A DNA stretch of 64,000 nucleotides from NCBI GenBank assembly GCA_016839555.1, contig JAEOUA010000009.1, positions 61,221 through 125,220 on the forward strand, written 5' to 3'. How positions within the stretch are numbered: the first letter of the stretch is position 1; each line of letters starts with the position of its first letter. The DNA comes from Promethearchaeota archaeon. GTDB taxonomy: Archaea; Asgardarchaeota; Lokiarchaeia; Sigyniarchaeales; SOKP01. Below, piece by piece: positions 42,742 to 52,279 of this stretch. A model generated the notes under the pieces. It worked only from the letters and a program-made list of their open reading frames with translations. It searched no databases and was not told the DNA's origin. Made by a program: the position numbers and the translations under genes.

Positions 42742-43410
42742 TTATTTAATTGGTAAAGTAATCCCTCTCTTTTTTAGTGCCTTAGAAACAAAAGGATAGT
42801 CTATTAAACTTTCATATTCTAAATTCGGCATATTTAACTTTTGAATTGCTTGTTCTGTAAATAAATCTGCTAATATAGCGGGTCTATTTTTAATATTATA
42901 TTTATTTAAAAGTTGTAAGGCTTTCAATTGTTTTTCGAAAAAGATTCCTTCTGCGCCCGTTATTTTTTCGAATGATTTCTGATCTACTCCCTTTAAAGAT
43001 ACTCTAATATATAAATTTCCAAGATTACTTAATTGTATTATATAGTCTTCATCTAAAAGGATTCCATTAGTTTCTAAAACAAATAATATATGTTTGGGGA
43101 TTAAATTAATAACTTCGATAAGATGGTTTCTACAAATGGTTGGTTCACCGCCACTTATTCTAACTAAGGGTTGGTGGAATTGTAATAACTTTTCACTTAC
43201 TTCTGTTGGTTTATAAAAATTTCCATATATTTTTGGATTCCAGACCTTTTTCTGAGCCCAACAGTATGCACATCTTAGATTGCATCCTAAGCAGTCTGCA
43301 GTTGCGCACCCCCCATAAAATTTAGTAGCTCTAAATCTATAATATTTTCTTTGAGTATCTTGGCAAATAATTTTTTTAACCTTTTGTGTTAATTCTTCTG
43401 GATTAATCAT
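42742..43410 (-). CDS. Radical SAM protein
   Basis: CNLRCAYC, ISGGEP and ETNG motifs. Confidence 0.9.
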   Translation of the reverse strand: MINPEELTQKVKKIICQDTQRKYYRFRATKFYGGCATADCLGCNLRCAYCWAQKKVWNPKIYGNFYKPTEVSEKLLQFHQPLVRISGGEPTICRNHLIEVINLIPKHILFVLETNGILLDEDYIIQLSNLGNLYIRVSLKGVDQKSFEKITGAEGIFFEKQLKALQLLNKYNIKNRPAILADLFTEQAIQKLNMPNLEYESLIDYPFVSKALKKRGITLPIK

Positions 43411-43467
43411 ATTTCCGAGTGAAATGTTTTAAAAATAAAATTTTAATTAATATATAATCAGAGCTCC

Positions 43468-44418
43468 TTATTGATTATAATTCTCTAAACGAGCTTGGAA
43501 TTTACTTAAATTAAAAACCCCAAATATAATTAAACCTAATGCAATAATAAAAAAATATAAATTTTCGAATCTCTGTTTAAATATAAATAATCCAACAAGA
43601 ATAGGAATAATGATTGAGAGACTATTGATGATTAAATAAACAATTGAGGCTTTGGCTTTCTGAAAACCAATTTGGTAGAATAGAACTCCCAATAGAAAAA
43701 ATACGCCCATTCCCCAGAGAGAGATGCATACCCAGATATGATAAATATCAAACCAAAAAATGCCAAATAATATTTCTGCCCAGCCAAAAGGAGATATAAT
43801 GGATATATTTGCATCATTATACGCTTGAGTGAAAATATTAGTAAAAATCGTCCCAATAGCATTTAAAATAACTCCTGTAATTGTTAAAAAAATGCCCTCC
43901 AATGGAGTATTTGCTTTTAATTTGGCAATTAGATAAAATACTAAGGATAAAATTATACTTGTTATGAAAAAAATTAGGAAGGGAACTACAAAGCCATACA
44001 GATCAATTTTAATTTGAGATATCTTGGAAAAAGCGATTACAATTGGAGCAATTCCTAATAAAATCGCAGAATAAATTTCGATTTTTCTAACTTTTTCATC
44101 TAAGATTCTCACAGAAGAGATTAAAAAAATTATTAAACCTAAACTAGTCATTGGTTGAACTACCAGTATTCCAACTAAGCTAACTGCAATAATAAATGGA
44201 ACCCAACCGATAATACCCAATAAGATCCCTATTATCCAAATTTTATTTTTAAAGAATTCAAGAAATGAATAGAGTAAATTTTTTAGACCATTATTAAAAG
44301 CAAGTTCTGGCAAGCCTTGCATTAATCCTTTCTTTTGAAATACAAAACCCATAGAAAAACAAATTGTTGCTATTAAAGCGAGAACAATTCCAAGAATAAT
44401 AGTAAATATATCAATCAT
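43468..44418 (-). CDS. DMT-superfamily (EamA/NIPA-like) membrane transporter
   Basis: About 9-10 TM helices with G.VFQKKG, VVQP and a duplicated architecture. Confidence 0.75.
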   Translation of the reverse strand: MIDIFTIILGIVLALIATICFSMGFVFQKKGLMQGLPELAFNNGLKNLLYSFLEFFKNKIWIIGILLGIIGWVPFIIAVSLVGILVVQPMTSLGLIIFLISSVRILDEKVRKIEIYSAILLGIAPIVIAFSKISQIKIDLYGFVVPFLIFFITSIILSLVFYLIAKLKANTPLEGIFLTITGVILNAIGTIFTNIFTQAYNDANISIISPFGWAEILFGIFWFDIYHIWVCISLWGMGVFFLLGVLFYQIGFQKAKASIVYLIINSLSIIIPILVGLFIFKQRFENLYFFIIALGLIIFGVFNLSKFQARLENYNQ

Positions 44419-44477
44419 AAAAAGTTATAGAAATTAAAATTAATAATTTTTAATAATTTTTGATCTGTATTATTATT

Positions 44478-45251
44478 ATGGAAACTGAGGAAGCCGAATC
44501 AGATGTTGTGGAACTTCCGATAATAGAATTTATTAGTATTAATTTTATTACCGCCATGATTCCTTTTTATTTCTGTCTTGGTATTTTCTTATTAATTGAA
44601 TTCTTTTTTATTGTAATTATGTCATTATCTTTCCTAATTCAGCTTTTTATCTTACCTTTTGTCTTCTTTTTTTTGTATTATATTTATATCTTAATTTTAA
44701 TAGAAGTATGCGCTATATGGGTGAAAATTTGGAATAAAAAATCTCCCCAAGAACAAGGAGCTTTTAAAAGGATTTTAGATGATATAGAATCTGCAGAAGG
44801 AAAGATGTTGAAATATTATCATAGAAGGGGTTTCATAATTAAATTCCCTGTCTGGTTGTCATCAAAATCTCCTTTTCCCTGGCTTCTTAACAGAGCTCTA
44901 AGAAGAATTGGACATAATGAAATTGGCATTAATGTAATTTATTGCGATGGCTTTCCAGGACTAGAACTCACAAAAATAGGAGATAATTCTTTCATTTATC
45001 CTACATCTGCGATATCAAGCCATGCCATCCAATCTATTTTTGGAAAAATAACTATAAAAGAAGTTAAGTTGGGTAAAAATACTATTTTATATCCAGGGTG
45101 CATAATAGGTCCTGGAGCTCACACTGAAGATGACGTTACGATTTATCCACATTCTGGTTTGCATAAAGGTTGGAGGGGTGAAAAAGATAAGAAATATTAT
45201 TTAGGTATTCCCGCCAAACCTATAGAGAAAGAAGAAATGAATGATGAATAA
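44478..45251 (+). CDS. Membrane-anchored left-handed beta-helix (acyltransferase-like) protein
   Basis: Two N-terminal TM helices, hexapeptide repeats (IGDNSFI, LGKNTIL, IGPGA) and G.PAKP end. Confidence 0.7.
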   Translation: METEEAESDVVELPIIEFISINFITAMIPFYFCLGIFLLIEFFFIVIMSLSFLIQLFILPFVFFFLYYIYILILIEVCAIWVKIWNKKSPQEQGAFKRILDDIESAEGKMLKYYHRRGFIIKFPVWLSSKSPFPWLLNRALRRIGHNEIGINVIYCDGFPGLELTKIGDNSFIYPTSAISSHAIQSIFGKITIKEVKLGKNTILYPGCIIGPGAHTEDDVTIYPHSGLHKGWRGEKDKKYYLGIPAKPIEKEEMNDE

Positions 45252-45318
45252 TAAATTTAGAGGAATAAAAAAAAGTTGCTTAGAATATCTATTAATTTAA
45301 ATGGTGGTTATTCCTTTC

Positions 45319-46818
45319 TTATTTAGGATATTTTCCATGCGCTTGTAGAAATTCTCGATATATATTGAGTTTATCTAAAACCTTACTAACCAAATCGAAA
45401 TTTTCATAGACGGGGACATTTCGATTCAATAATTTCAGTTTAAATCGATATCTACTTTTATACTACTCAAATCCCTCTGAAATCTTTAGCATAACACAGT
45501 ACATTGGTTTCGTGCATATTCTTTTTGCTTTTCCGATATATTTCACAAAAGTTATAGTCAAATCAACCCCTTCCTTAAAACCCATTTTTGAAATCATGGT
45601 TCTTTCTAATCCTTGAAAACGCTCGGGATCTTTTACAAATAATATAGCATCGATATTAGGGTCTTTATCAAGTGTAATAATTGTCCGATAATAGATATGT
45701 GGTAATGCTCCCATAGCACCTAAATCAAGGGGATTTGAAAAACTTGTGTTGACATCCGGAAGAAATCGACCCATTTTTTCCATAGTTTTATTGGTTAATT
45801 TTGGAATCTTTAGATTATATCTTTCCAATGTATCTGCAGCTTCTATACTTGCGCCTCCTCCAATTCCTATTAAGCCAATATTTCGTGAAGCCGGGAGATG
45901 GGTAAGTTTAAACGCAGAAGCTAACGCTGCTAATTCAATAGAATTGTCTACCAAACAACATCCCGTTTGTTTTGTCATAGCTTTCCATATACGATTATTT
46001 CCGGCCAATCCTCCCGTATGCGATTTAATTGCATCTTTTGTAGCTTCTCCGAAACCGGATTTCCATAAGATAACAGGCTTTCTATTTAAACTACATTTTC
46101 TTACAGCATCCATAAATCTGCGCCCTTGCTCTTGGTTTTTTAAGCTTTCAAGATATAAACCGATAATAGCTGTTTTATCATCATGTAAGAAATATTCTAA
46201 AAATTCGGGATATGATAGATCTATAGCATTTCCAATTGAAATCATTTTTGATACATAACAACCATATGAAACTGCTAATTGGGATACATTGACCGCTAAG
46301 CCTCCTGATTGAAATAATCCTCCAAAATTACCGGTTTTTTTAGATTGTCCTCTTCCAAAATATAAATCTGATTCCGGACAATATACTCCAATACAATTTG
46401 GACCTATTATATTAATTCCATATTTCCTGGCTATATTTAACACTTCTTCTTCTAATCCTTCATTTCCAATTTCGCTAAATCCAGAACTAAAAATTGTAAC
46501 AAATGGTACATTTTTTTGACCTGTTTCTTCTAAGACTTTTGGTACTATTTTTGCTGGGACGCCTATAATAACATAATCGATAGGATTTTGATCGGGTATA
46601 TCTAATATAGACCCATACACATCAATCCCATACAGTTTTTCCCCTTTTAATCTCGGATTAAACAAATACATAGGTTCTTTGAATCGATCTTTCATAACTT
46701 GGAGAAAATACCCTCCTCCTGTGGGATTATATGAAGCCCCGATAATTCCTATGGCTCGTGGATAAAATAATCTTTCATAATTGATTTTTTTACGCTTTTG
46801 AGTAGTGGAAGCAAACAT
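45319..46818 (-). pseudogene. ADP-forming acyl-CoA ligase alpha subunit interrupted by an in-frame TAG at 45463-45465
   Basis: IIGAS, GPNCIG, QSGG, SHTGGLAG and NPLD motifs. 47 further in-frame codons after the TAG encode the expected terminal VPVY-helix segment. Confidence 0.65.
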
Positions 46819-47486
46819 AATCTTATTATAGTATTATTTTTTGTTCTTAGCTAATGATTTATTTAATCAAGTTATACTAAAATATTTTATTACCTTATAT
46901 AAAAAAATAGGAGTTTTAATGGTCTATAATCTATTTAAATGAATAAATCTTATTTTTGAAATCAATATTAATTATATGCCATTACTACTTTTTTCCATTT
47001 CCTTTTTTCTCCCATTCTTGAAACGACTATAATACTTCATTAATTTCTTTTATATATTTATTCCTGCTTTAGCATACTCCCCATCTTCAAAAATTAAAAA
47101 TAATGTCCCGAATATAATATAGATCTATTTATAGGCAAAAAAGCCCCCAATAAAAGTTAAAATGGCTAAAAATATAATAATTGAGTTTAAATAATTAAAT
47201 AATTTGAAAGTTTTCATTAATATTCTCAATATTTAATTTGATTATCTTATTTTAATATTTGTTTGTATAGTTTTAATACTAGTTTTCTTCATTTTCAAAT
47301 TAATATATTTAAATTAGTTATTTTTAAAAAGTTTAAATTTTAGAGATTAAGAAGTCGATTTTCGAGATCCTTTAGCTCTACTTCAATCCTTTTAATCATC
47401 ATGTCATAGATCTCTTCAGAAATTTTTTTTGCCAAAAATAATTTATCGAATTCATCTAATTTTTTTATAATTATTTTTTATTTTAT

Positions 47487-48857
47487 TTATTTTGAGACAA
47501 TATACCATTGATCACCGTGTAAAAAGGACTTTGAATGTCTTAATATACCGACATGTGTTAAATCATCTAAAAGCTGAATAACTTTTTCTTTTGTCCATCC
47601 AGTTTTTTCAATAATATCTGCTATAGAGAATTTTTCTAATTGTAAAGCGATTTGTATTAATTGATTTTCATCTTCAGAGATATCATGAGCTTTAAGTTGT
47701 ACCACTTTAAAATAATGGTCTTCATCTTGTTCAATCACTTTAATTCCTGGAATATATCCCTCATCAGCGAGTTCGTTAATTACATATTCTAATTCTTCTA
47801 TTGAAAACCTTAATGCTGGTTTTTGGTCTAAAATTAAATCATGAAGGGCAAATAAAGGTATATTGTTTTTAATTTCATAAGTATGATTATTTAATATGTA
47901 TTGATTTCTATTGACCGCATTAAAAATTTCTAACACTCCTTCTTTAATCGCGTCTGTTTTAGGTATACTTTTATCAAGAGAAGGTTCAATAAGTTTATCT
48001 ACAATAGTCTCATCAAATTCATTTTTTAAGATTATTTTTAATTCATCTTCAGAGAAAATTGGAGAATGTACATTTATTTTCATTCTTTGATTCATAAGAT
48101 ATGTCAAGACTCTTAATTCTTCTCTAAGATCTTTTGCCATTAAGTAAGCATTGGAATAGGCTTCATTTTCAATGTATTGTGATACTTTTTCACTCATCGC
48201 AGAAAAATAATGAATTTGATTCAAAATAACTGAATTAATGAAGAAAATCTCCCCAAGTAATGATTTTACCTCTTTTTTCGTTAATTTTTTTTGATCTTTA
48301 TTAATCTTTTTTAATTTATACTTCTTTATAGGATCCTTTGCCATATTAGCAAAATTTTGCTTAATAGATTTTATTCGTTTAATAATAAAACCCATTAAAT
48401 CCTCAAACATAGGATCATTTAGATTCAAAATTGTACCTAATGTCTTGCTCAATTCAATTTGAATTGATTTTAGGGAGATAGAGATGTTTTCATGGGAAGT
48501 TTTTAGCTTTTCATTTATATCTTCAATATTTTTAGGTATCTCTATATTTTGGATTAATTCAGCTTCTTTACTCATAAATTGAGGTTTTTCTATATCTTTT
48601 CCATTAACTTGTTTTAAGACTTTTATTCCAAATTTAGTTATTCTCCATTTAGGCAAAACTTTATTTTTTTCCACAATTCTTTCAACCTGATTGAACTTTT
48701 CTAATTGAAGTAAGATATTTTTTACAACTCGCATTGAAAGATCTGTATTAGTGCTTATATTTCGTATACTGGATAACTCTTTCATTTTTTGACTTAGATA
48801 ACGTAAAACGGATTCGATGCCCATCAAACTTATTGGCAAATCTCTTGAATTTGACAT
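47487..48857 (-). CDS. Protein with N-terminal wHTH, helical middle and C-terminal EAP30 (Vps22/Vps36-like) tandem winged helix
   Basis: The C-terminus (FSIEELEYVINEL...DISEDENQLIQIA...SIADIIEKTGWTKEKVIQLLDDL...G...GDQWY) follows the ESCRT-II Vps22 winged-helix pattern. Confidence 0.65.
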   Translation of the reverse strand: MSNSRDLPISLMGIESVLRYLSQKMKELSSIRNISTNTDLSMRVVKNILLQLEKFNQVERIVEKNKVLPKWRITKFGIKVLKQVNGKDIEKPQFMSKEAELIQNIEIPKNIEDINEKLKTSHENISISLKSIQIELSKTLGTILNLNDPMFEDLMGFIIKRIKSIKQNFANMAKDPIKKYKLKKINKDQKKLTKKEVKSLLGEIFFINSVILNQIHYFSAMSEKVSQYIENEAYSNAYLMAKDLREELRVLTYLMNQRMKINVHSPIFSEDELKIILKNEFDETIVDKLIEPSLDKSIPKTDAIKEGVLEIFNAVNRNQYILNNHTYEIKNNIPLFALHDLILDQKPALRFSIEELEYVINELADEGYIPGIKVIEQDEDHYFKVVQLKAHDISEDENQLIQIALQLEKFSIADIIEKTGWTKEKVIQLLDDLTHVGILRHSKSFLHGDQWYIVSK

Positions 48858-49238
48858 AGTAATAAATTTTTTTCAATGAATTTTTTATAATATATTAGAT
48901 TCTCTTATATTTAAATCTTTTTCCATATGGAAACAATTTCCAAAAATTAAATTCTTTATTTGGAAATAAGATTATAAGGTATGGCTCTATGATTGCTTGA
49001 TATAAAAGTTTAATGATGTTTTTTATCAAATTCATTAATTATAACGTTTTGTTGTGCCGCCCACCATACCCAGACTTGTCTTATGAAAAAATGAGCAATT
49101 CCAAGTCTTTCATTCCAAGATTGAGTATTTGCCATATGTTCATGGCAGATCATAACATATTTTTTTCCATTTTGTTCCCAGATATTTTTTAAAAAAAGTT
49201 ATTAAAGGGAAGAAGAATTGAAATAAACTAAAAAATTT

Positions 49239-50168
49239 TTATAGTTTATTCTTTATATCTTTTGCTCGTGAACGTAGTGTGACTTCAGTACAGTGTGCTT
49301 GTTCTGCAACTTCTGCTTGTGTTTTTCGTTCATCGGTTTTTTTAGCAGCCATATAGATTACAGAGGCTGCCAATCCTTTCGGATCCTTCCCTGTCCGAAC
49401 AAGTCCGTTTTTAGTCGCTTGGATTAACATGTTAACGGCTCTTCTTTGAGTTTTCATTGATAAATTGAGGTCATTTCCAAAACGATATACGAGTTGCTCG
49501 GCTGTAATAGGTCGATATTTTAGATTTAATTCGGTTAAAATTTCTTTTACAATCATTCCAAGTGATCTTATTACCGTTCTACGAGATGTCATAGAAGAAT
49601 CACTAACTTCTTCCAATAATCTTGGAAATTCATGAACACGTATCGCTGCATATAAAGATGCCGCAATAAACCCATCAATAGATCTTCCCATTGTAAGCTT
49701 TCGCTTAGCAGCCTCGGAATAGATTTTCCACGCTGTTTCTTTAATATATTCTGGAATATTCATTTTTGAGCAAAGCATTTTCAATTTAGGTTTTGCTTCC
49801 CAAAAATTTCTTTCAATACTTGAAATTAATGATTGCTGAATCTTTGATAATCGAGAAAATAAGGTTTTGCCCTTAGCTCCTAATGTCTTTCCTTTCGAAT
49901 CAGTTTTAGTATTCGAAATGGTTGTTCTTGGTCCAAATTCTCGCCATCTGGGCTCAGTGCGCCGTCGCTTTTCAATTTCCTGTATAGTATACGCCCTTCT
50001 TTCATTTCCTACCAGGTCTTTTCCAACAACCATCCCACAATTAATGCATACTGTATTACCATCTCTTGTTTCAAAACAAGGATCATCACAGCATTGAATT
50101 GATGGTGGAGATTCATCAACACCATTATTTCTTTTAGAATGGAGTCTATTCTTATAATCTTGATTCAT
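49239..50168 (-). CDS. tfb: Transcription initiation factor IIB (TFB)
   Basis: Zn ribbon (CC...CINCG), two cyclin repeats (GRSI..IAASLY, GKDPKGLAAS.IY) and TEVTLR. Confidence 0.93.
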   Translation of the reverse strand: MNQDYKNRLHSKRNNGVDESPPSIQCCDDPCFETRDGNTVCINCGMVVGKDLVGNERRAYTIQEIEKRRRTEPRWREFGPRTTISNTKTDSKGKTLGAKGKTLFSRLSKIQQSLISSIERNFWEAKPKLKMLCSKMNIPEYIKETAWKIYSEAAKRKLTMGRSIDGFIAASLYAAIRVHEFPRLLEEVSDSSMTSRRTVIRSLGMIVKEILTELNLKYRPITAEQLVYRFGNDLNLSMKTQRRAVNMLIQATKNGLVRTGKDPKGLAASVIYMAAKKTDERKTQAEVAEQAHCTEVTLRSRAKDIKNKL

Positions 50169-50705
50169 GATTATCTCACATATAAAAATTATTATGTCTT
50201 ATTATTTTTTCTCACGTTCTACGAATTAGGCTAATTTAGGAAAAATTATAAGCATGATATTTTTCCCACGTATTTCCCATTCTTTTTGGGAATTATTTTT
50301 TTGCTTAATATTTAATACTTTTTTTCTACTATTTAAATATAATCCTCATTTTTTGGATTTTTTTCTTATATTCCTCTGATTTTAAAATGAAAAAAAGATT
50401 CTACTCTAATAATTCTATATTTAATATTTAAAACTATTAAATCGCATATAATTTGCAAAGAAGTGCGATTAGACCCATTATCAAAAACATATTTCTAACT
50501 TTGCCTTATAAATGATATTCAAATAATTATTAATCCTCTTCCTTATATTTATTATTTTAATCTATAACAAATTTTTTTAATAATTTCTCTTTTTCTTTTA
50601 TAGAAACTTTAAATTTAAATAAAATATCTGATCAGATTGTTAAGAAACGTTATACAATCATTCTTAACTCTAAATTTTAATTAAAGAATAAACGATTGAT
50701 ACATT

Positions 50706-51311
50706 ATGAGTGATAATGTAGAAAAATATATCGAAAGAAAAACATTCAGGGGTACAAGCGACAGTATCTCTAAGAAATTTGCTGATGCTGGCTTGGAAAA
50801 GATACGTGCATGTATTAACTGTGGTACTTGTACTGGATCTTGTCCTTCTGGGAGACGAACTGCATTTCGAACTCGAGTGGCAATTCGAAAGGCTCTCAGA
50901 GGAGATGAGAGTGTTTTGGAAGACATAGACATCTGGATGTGCAGTACGTGCTATTACTGCTACGAAAGATGCCCCAGAGACATTCCCGTGACAGATATGA
51001 TTATAAAGCTTCGAAATATTGCCGTTGAAGAAGGCTTTATCTTAGATAATCATTTAACCTTAGCCGATGACATATTCTATAAAACTTGCCATGGAGTACC
51101 TGCAAATCAACCAGATCAAAAGAAATGGAGGGATTTACGTGAATCATATGGATTACCAGCCTTACCTCCTACCGTTCATTCTTATCCAGAGGCGGTAAAA
51201 GAATGCCATAAATTGATGGAATTAACTGGCTTTAGAAAATTATTAAATCATGCGCACGAAGTAAAAGAAAAACGAGCGTCCGAGAATAAGGACTCCGAAG
51301 GAGGAAAATAA
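50706..51311 (+). CDS. hdrC: Heterodisulfide reductase subunit C
   Basis: CINCGTCTGSCPSGRRT, CSTCYYCYERCPR and PPTVH motifs. Confidence 0.93.
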   Translation: MSDNVEKYIERKTFRGTSDSISKKFADAGLEKIRACINCGTCTGSCPSGRRTAFRTRVAIRKALRGDESVLEDIDIWMCSTCYYCYERCPRDIPVTDMIIKLRNIAVEEGFILDNHLTLADDIFYKTCHGVPANQPDQKKWRDLRESYGLPALPPTVHSYPEAVKECHKLMELTGFRKLLNHAHEVKEKRASENKDSEGGK

Positions 51312-51312
51312 A

Positions 51313-52263
51313 ATGGATGAAAAACAAAAATGGAAATATGCTTTTTTCTTAGGTTGTGTGATCCCAAACAGATATCCCATGATAGAAAGAAGCATAAGGG
51401 ATGTATTTGAGGAATTAGGGGCTGAACTCGTCGAGATGCCGGGAGCATCTTGCTGTCCCGCTCCAGGAGTCTTTCGGGGGTTTCATATTCCCACATGGTT
51501 AGTGCTTGCTGCGCGTAATATCTCTATAGCCGAAGAGCAAGGAGTCTCCTCTATAACGGGTTGTAATGGTTGTTATGGAACATTAAGAGATGCGTGGTAT
51601 GATCTTGAGCATGAACCTGAAAAAAAGAAAAAAGTAAATGAATATCTTGCCAAGGTTGGAAGAAAATATACAGGAAAATATGAACCGAAGCATGTTGCTC
51701 AAGCATTATATTTAGATATGGGACTTGATTATGTTAAGGATTTTGTTAAACATAAATTTACAGATCTTAAGGTGGGAGTACATTATGGATGCCATATTGT
51801 CAAACCAAGTGAGAAACGCCCTTGGGGTGGAGAATATGAATACCCCACCTTTCTTGACGAACTTGTCGAAATAACTGGGGCGAAAAGTATTCCTTATAAG
51901 GATAAATTTATGTGCTGTGGTGCGGGTGGTGCGGTGAGAACTGCAGTTAAAGAAGTAGCTGCGGATTTTACAAGAGAAAAATTGGTCAATATGAGAGATG
52001 CTGGAGTTGATATAATTATAAATTGTTGTCCCTTTTGCCATCTCCAATTAGATCTTGGACAAGTTGAAGTAAATAACTTCTATGGAGATATTATTGGAGA
52101 ACCTTTCAGTATTCCTGTAATTTACATCACACAGCTCTTAGGAGTTGCAATGGGTATGGATCCTAACCGCTTAGGGCTTGTTAAAAATCATGAATTATCA
52201 GGAGTTTCACCATTTATTCCAATAGAACCATTTTTAGATATCGTAAAGGAGCAATTAATTTAG
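51313..52263 (+). CDS. hdrB: Heterodisulfide reductase subunit B
   Basis: FFLGC, SCCPAPG, CNGC, HYGCH, CCGAGG and CPFCH motifs. Confidence 0.95.
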   Translation: MDEKQKWKYAFFLGCVIPNRYPMIERSIRDVFEELGAELVEMPGASCCPAPGVFRGFHIPTWLVLAARNISIAEEQGVSSITGCNGCYGTLRDAWYDLEHEPEKKKKVNEYLAKVGRKYTGKYEPKHVAQALYLDMGLDYVKDFVKHKFTDLKVGVHYGCHIVKPSEKRPWGGEYEYPTFLDELVEITGAKSIPYKDKFMCCGAGGAVRTAVKEVAADFTREKLVNMRDAGVDIIINCCPFCHLQLDLGQVEVNNFYGDIIGEPFSIPVIYITQLLGVAMGMDPNRLGLVKNHELSGVSPFIPIEPFLDIVKEQLI

Positions 52264-52279
52264 GAGGAATGAATAATAA

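Noticed and set aside
46973-47217. Minus-strand small membrane-protein-like frame
   Set aside because: It contains an in-frame TAG and TAA and has no recognisable family. At most a decayed remnant.
47340-47474. SHOCT-like peptide frame (LDEFDKLFLAKKISEEIYDMMIKRIE...) on the minus strand
   Set aside because: No canonical start covers the motif and it is too short to call. It may be a gene remnant.
49050-49160. 5S rRNA or known riboswitch (TPP, FMN)
   Set aside because: Only short partial motif matches. The conserved cores are absent.
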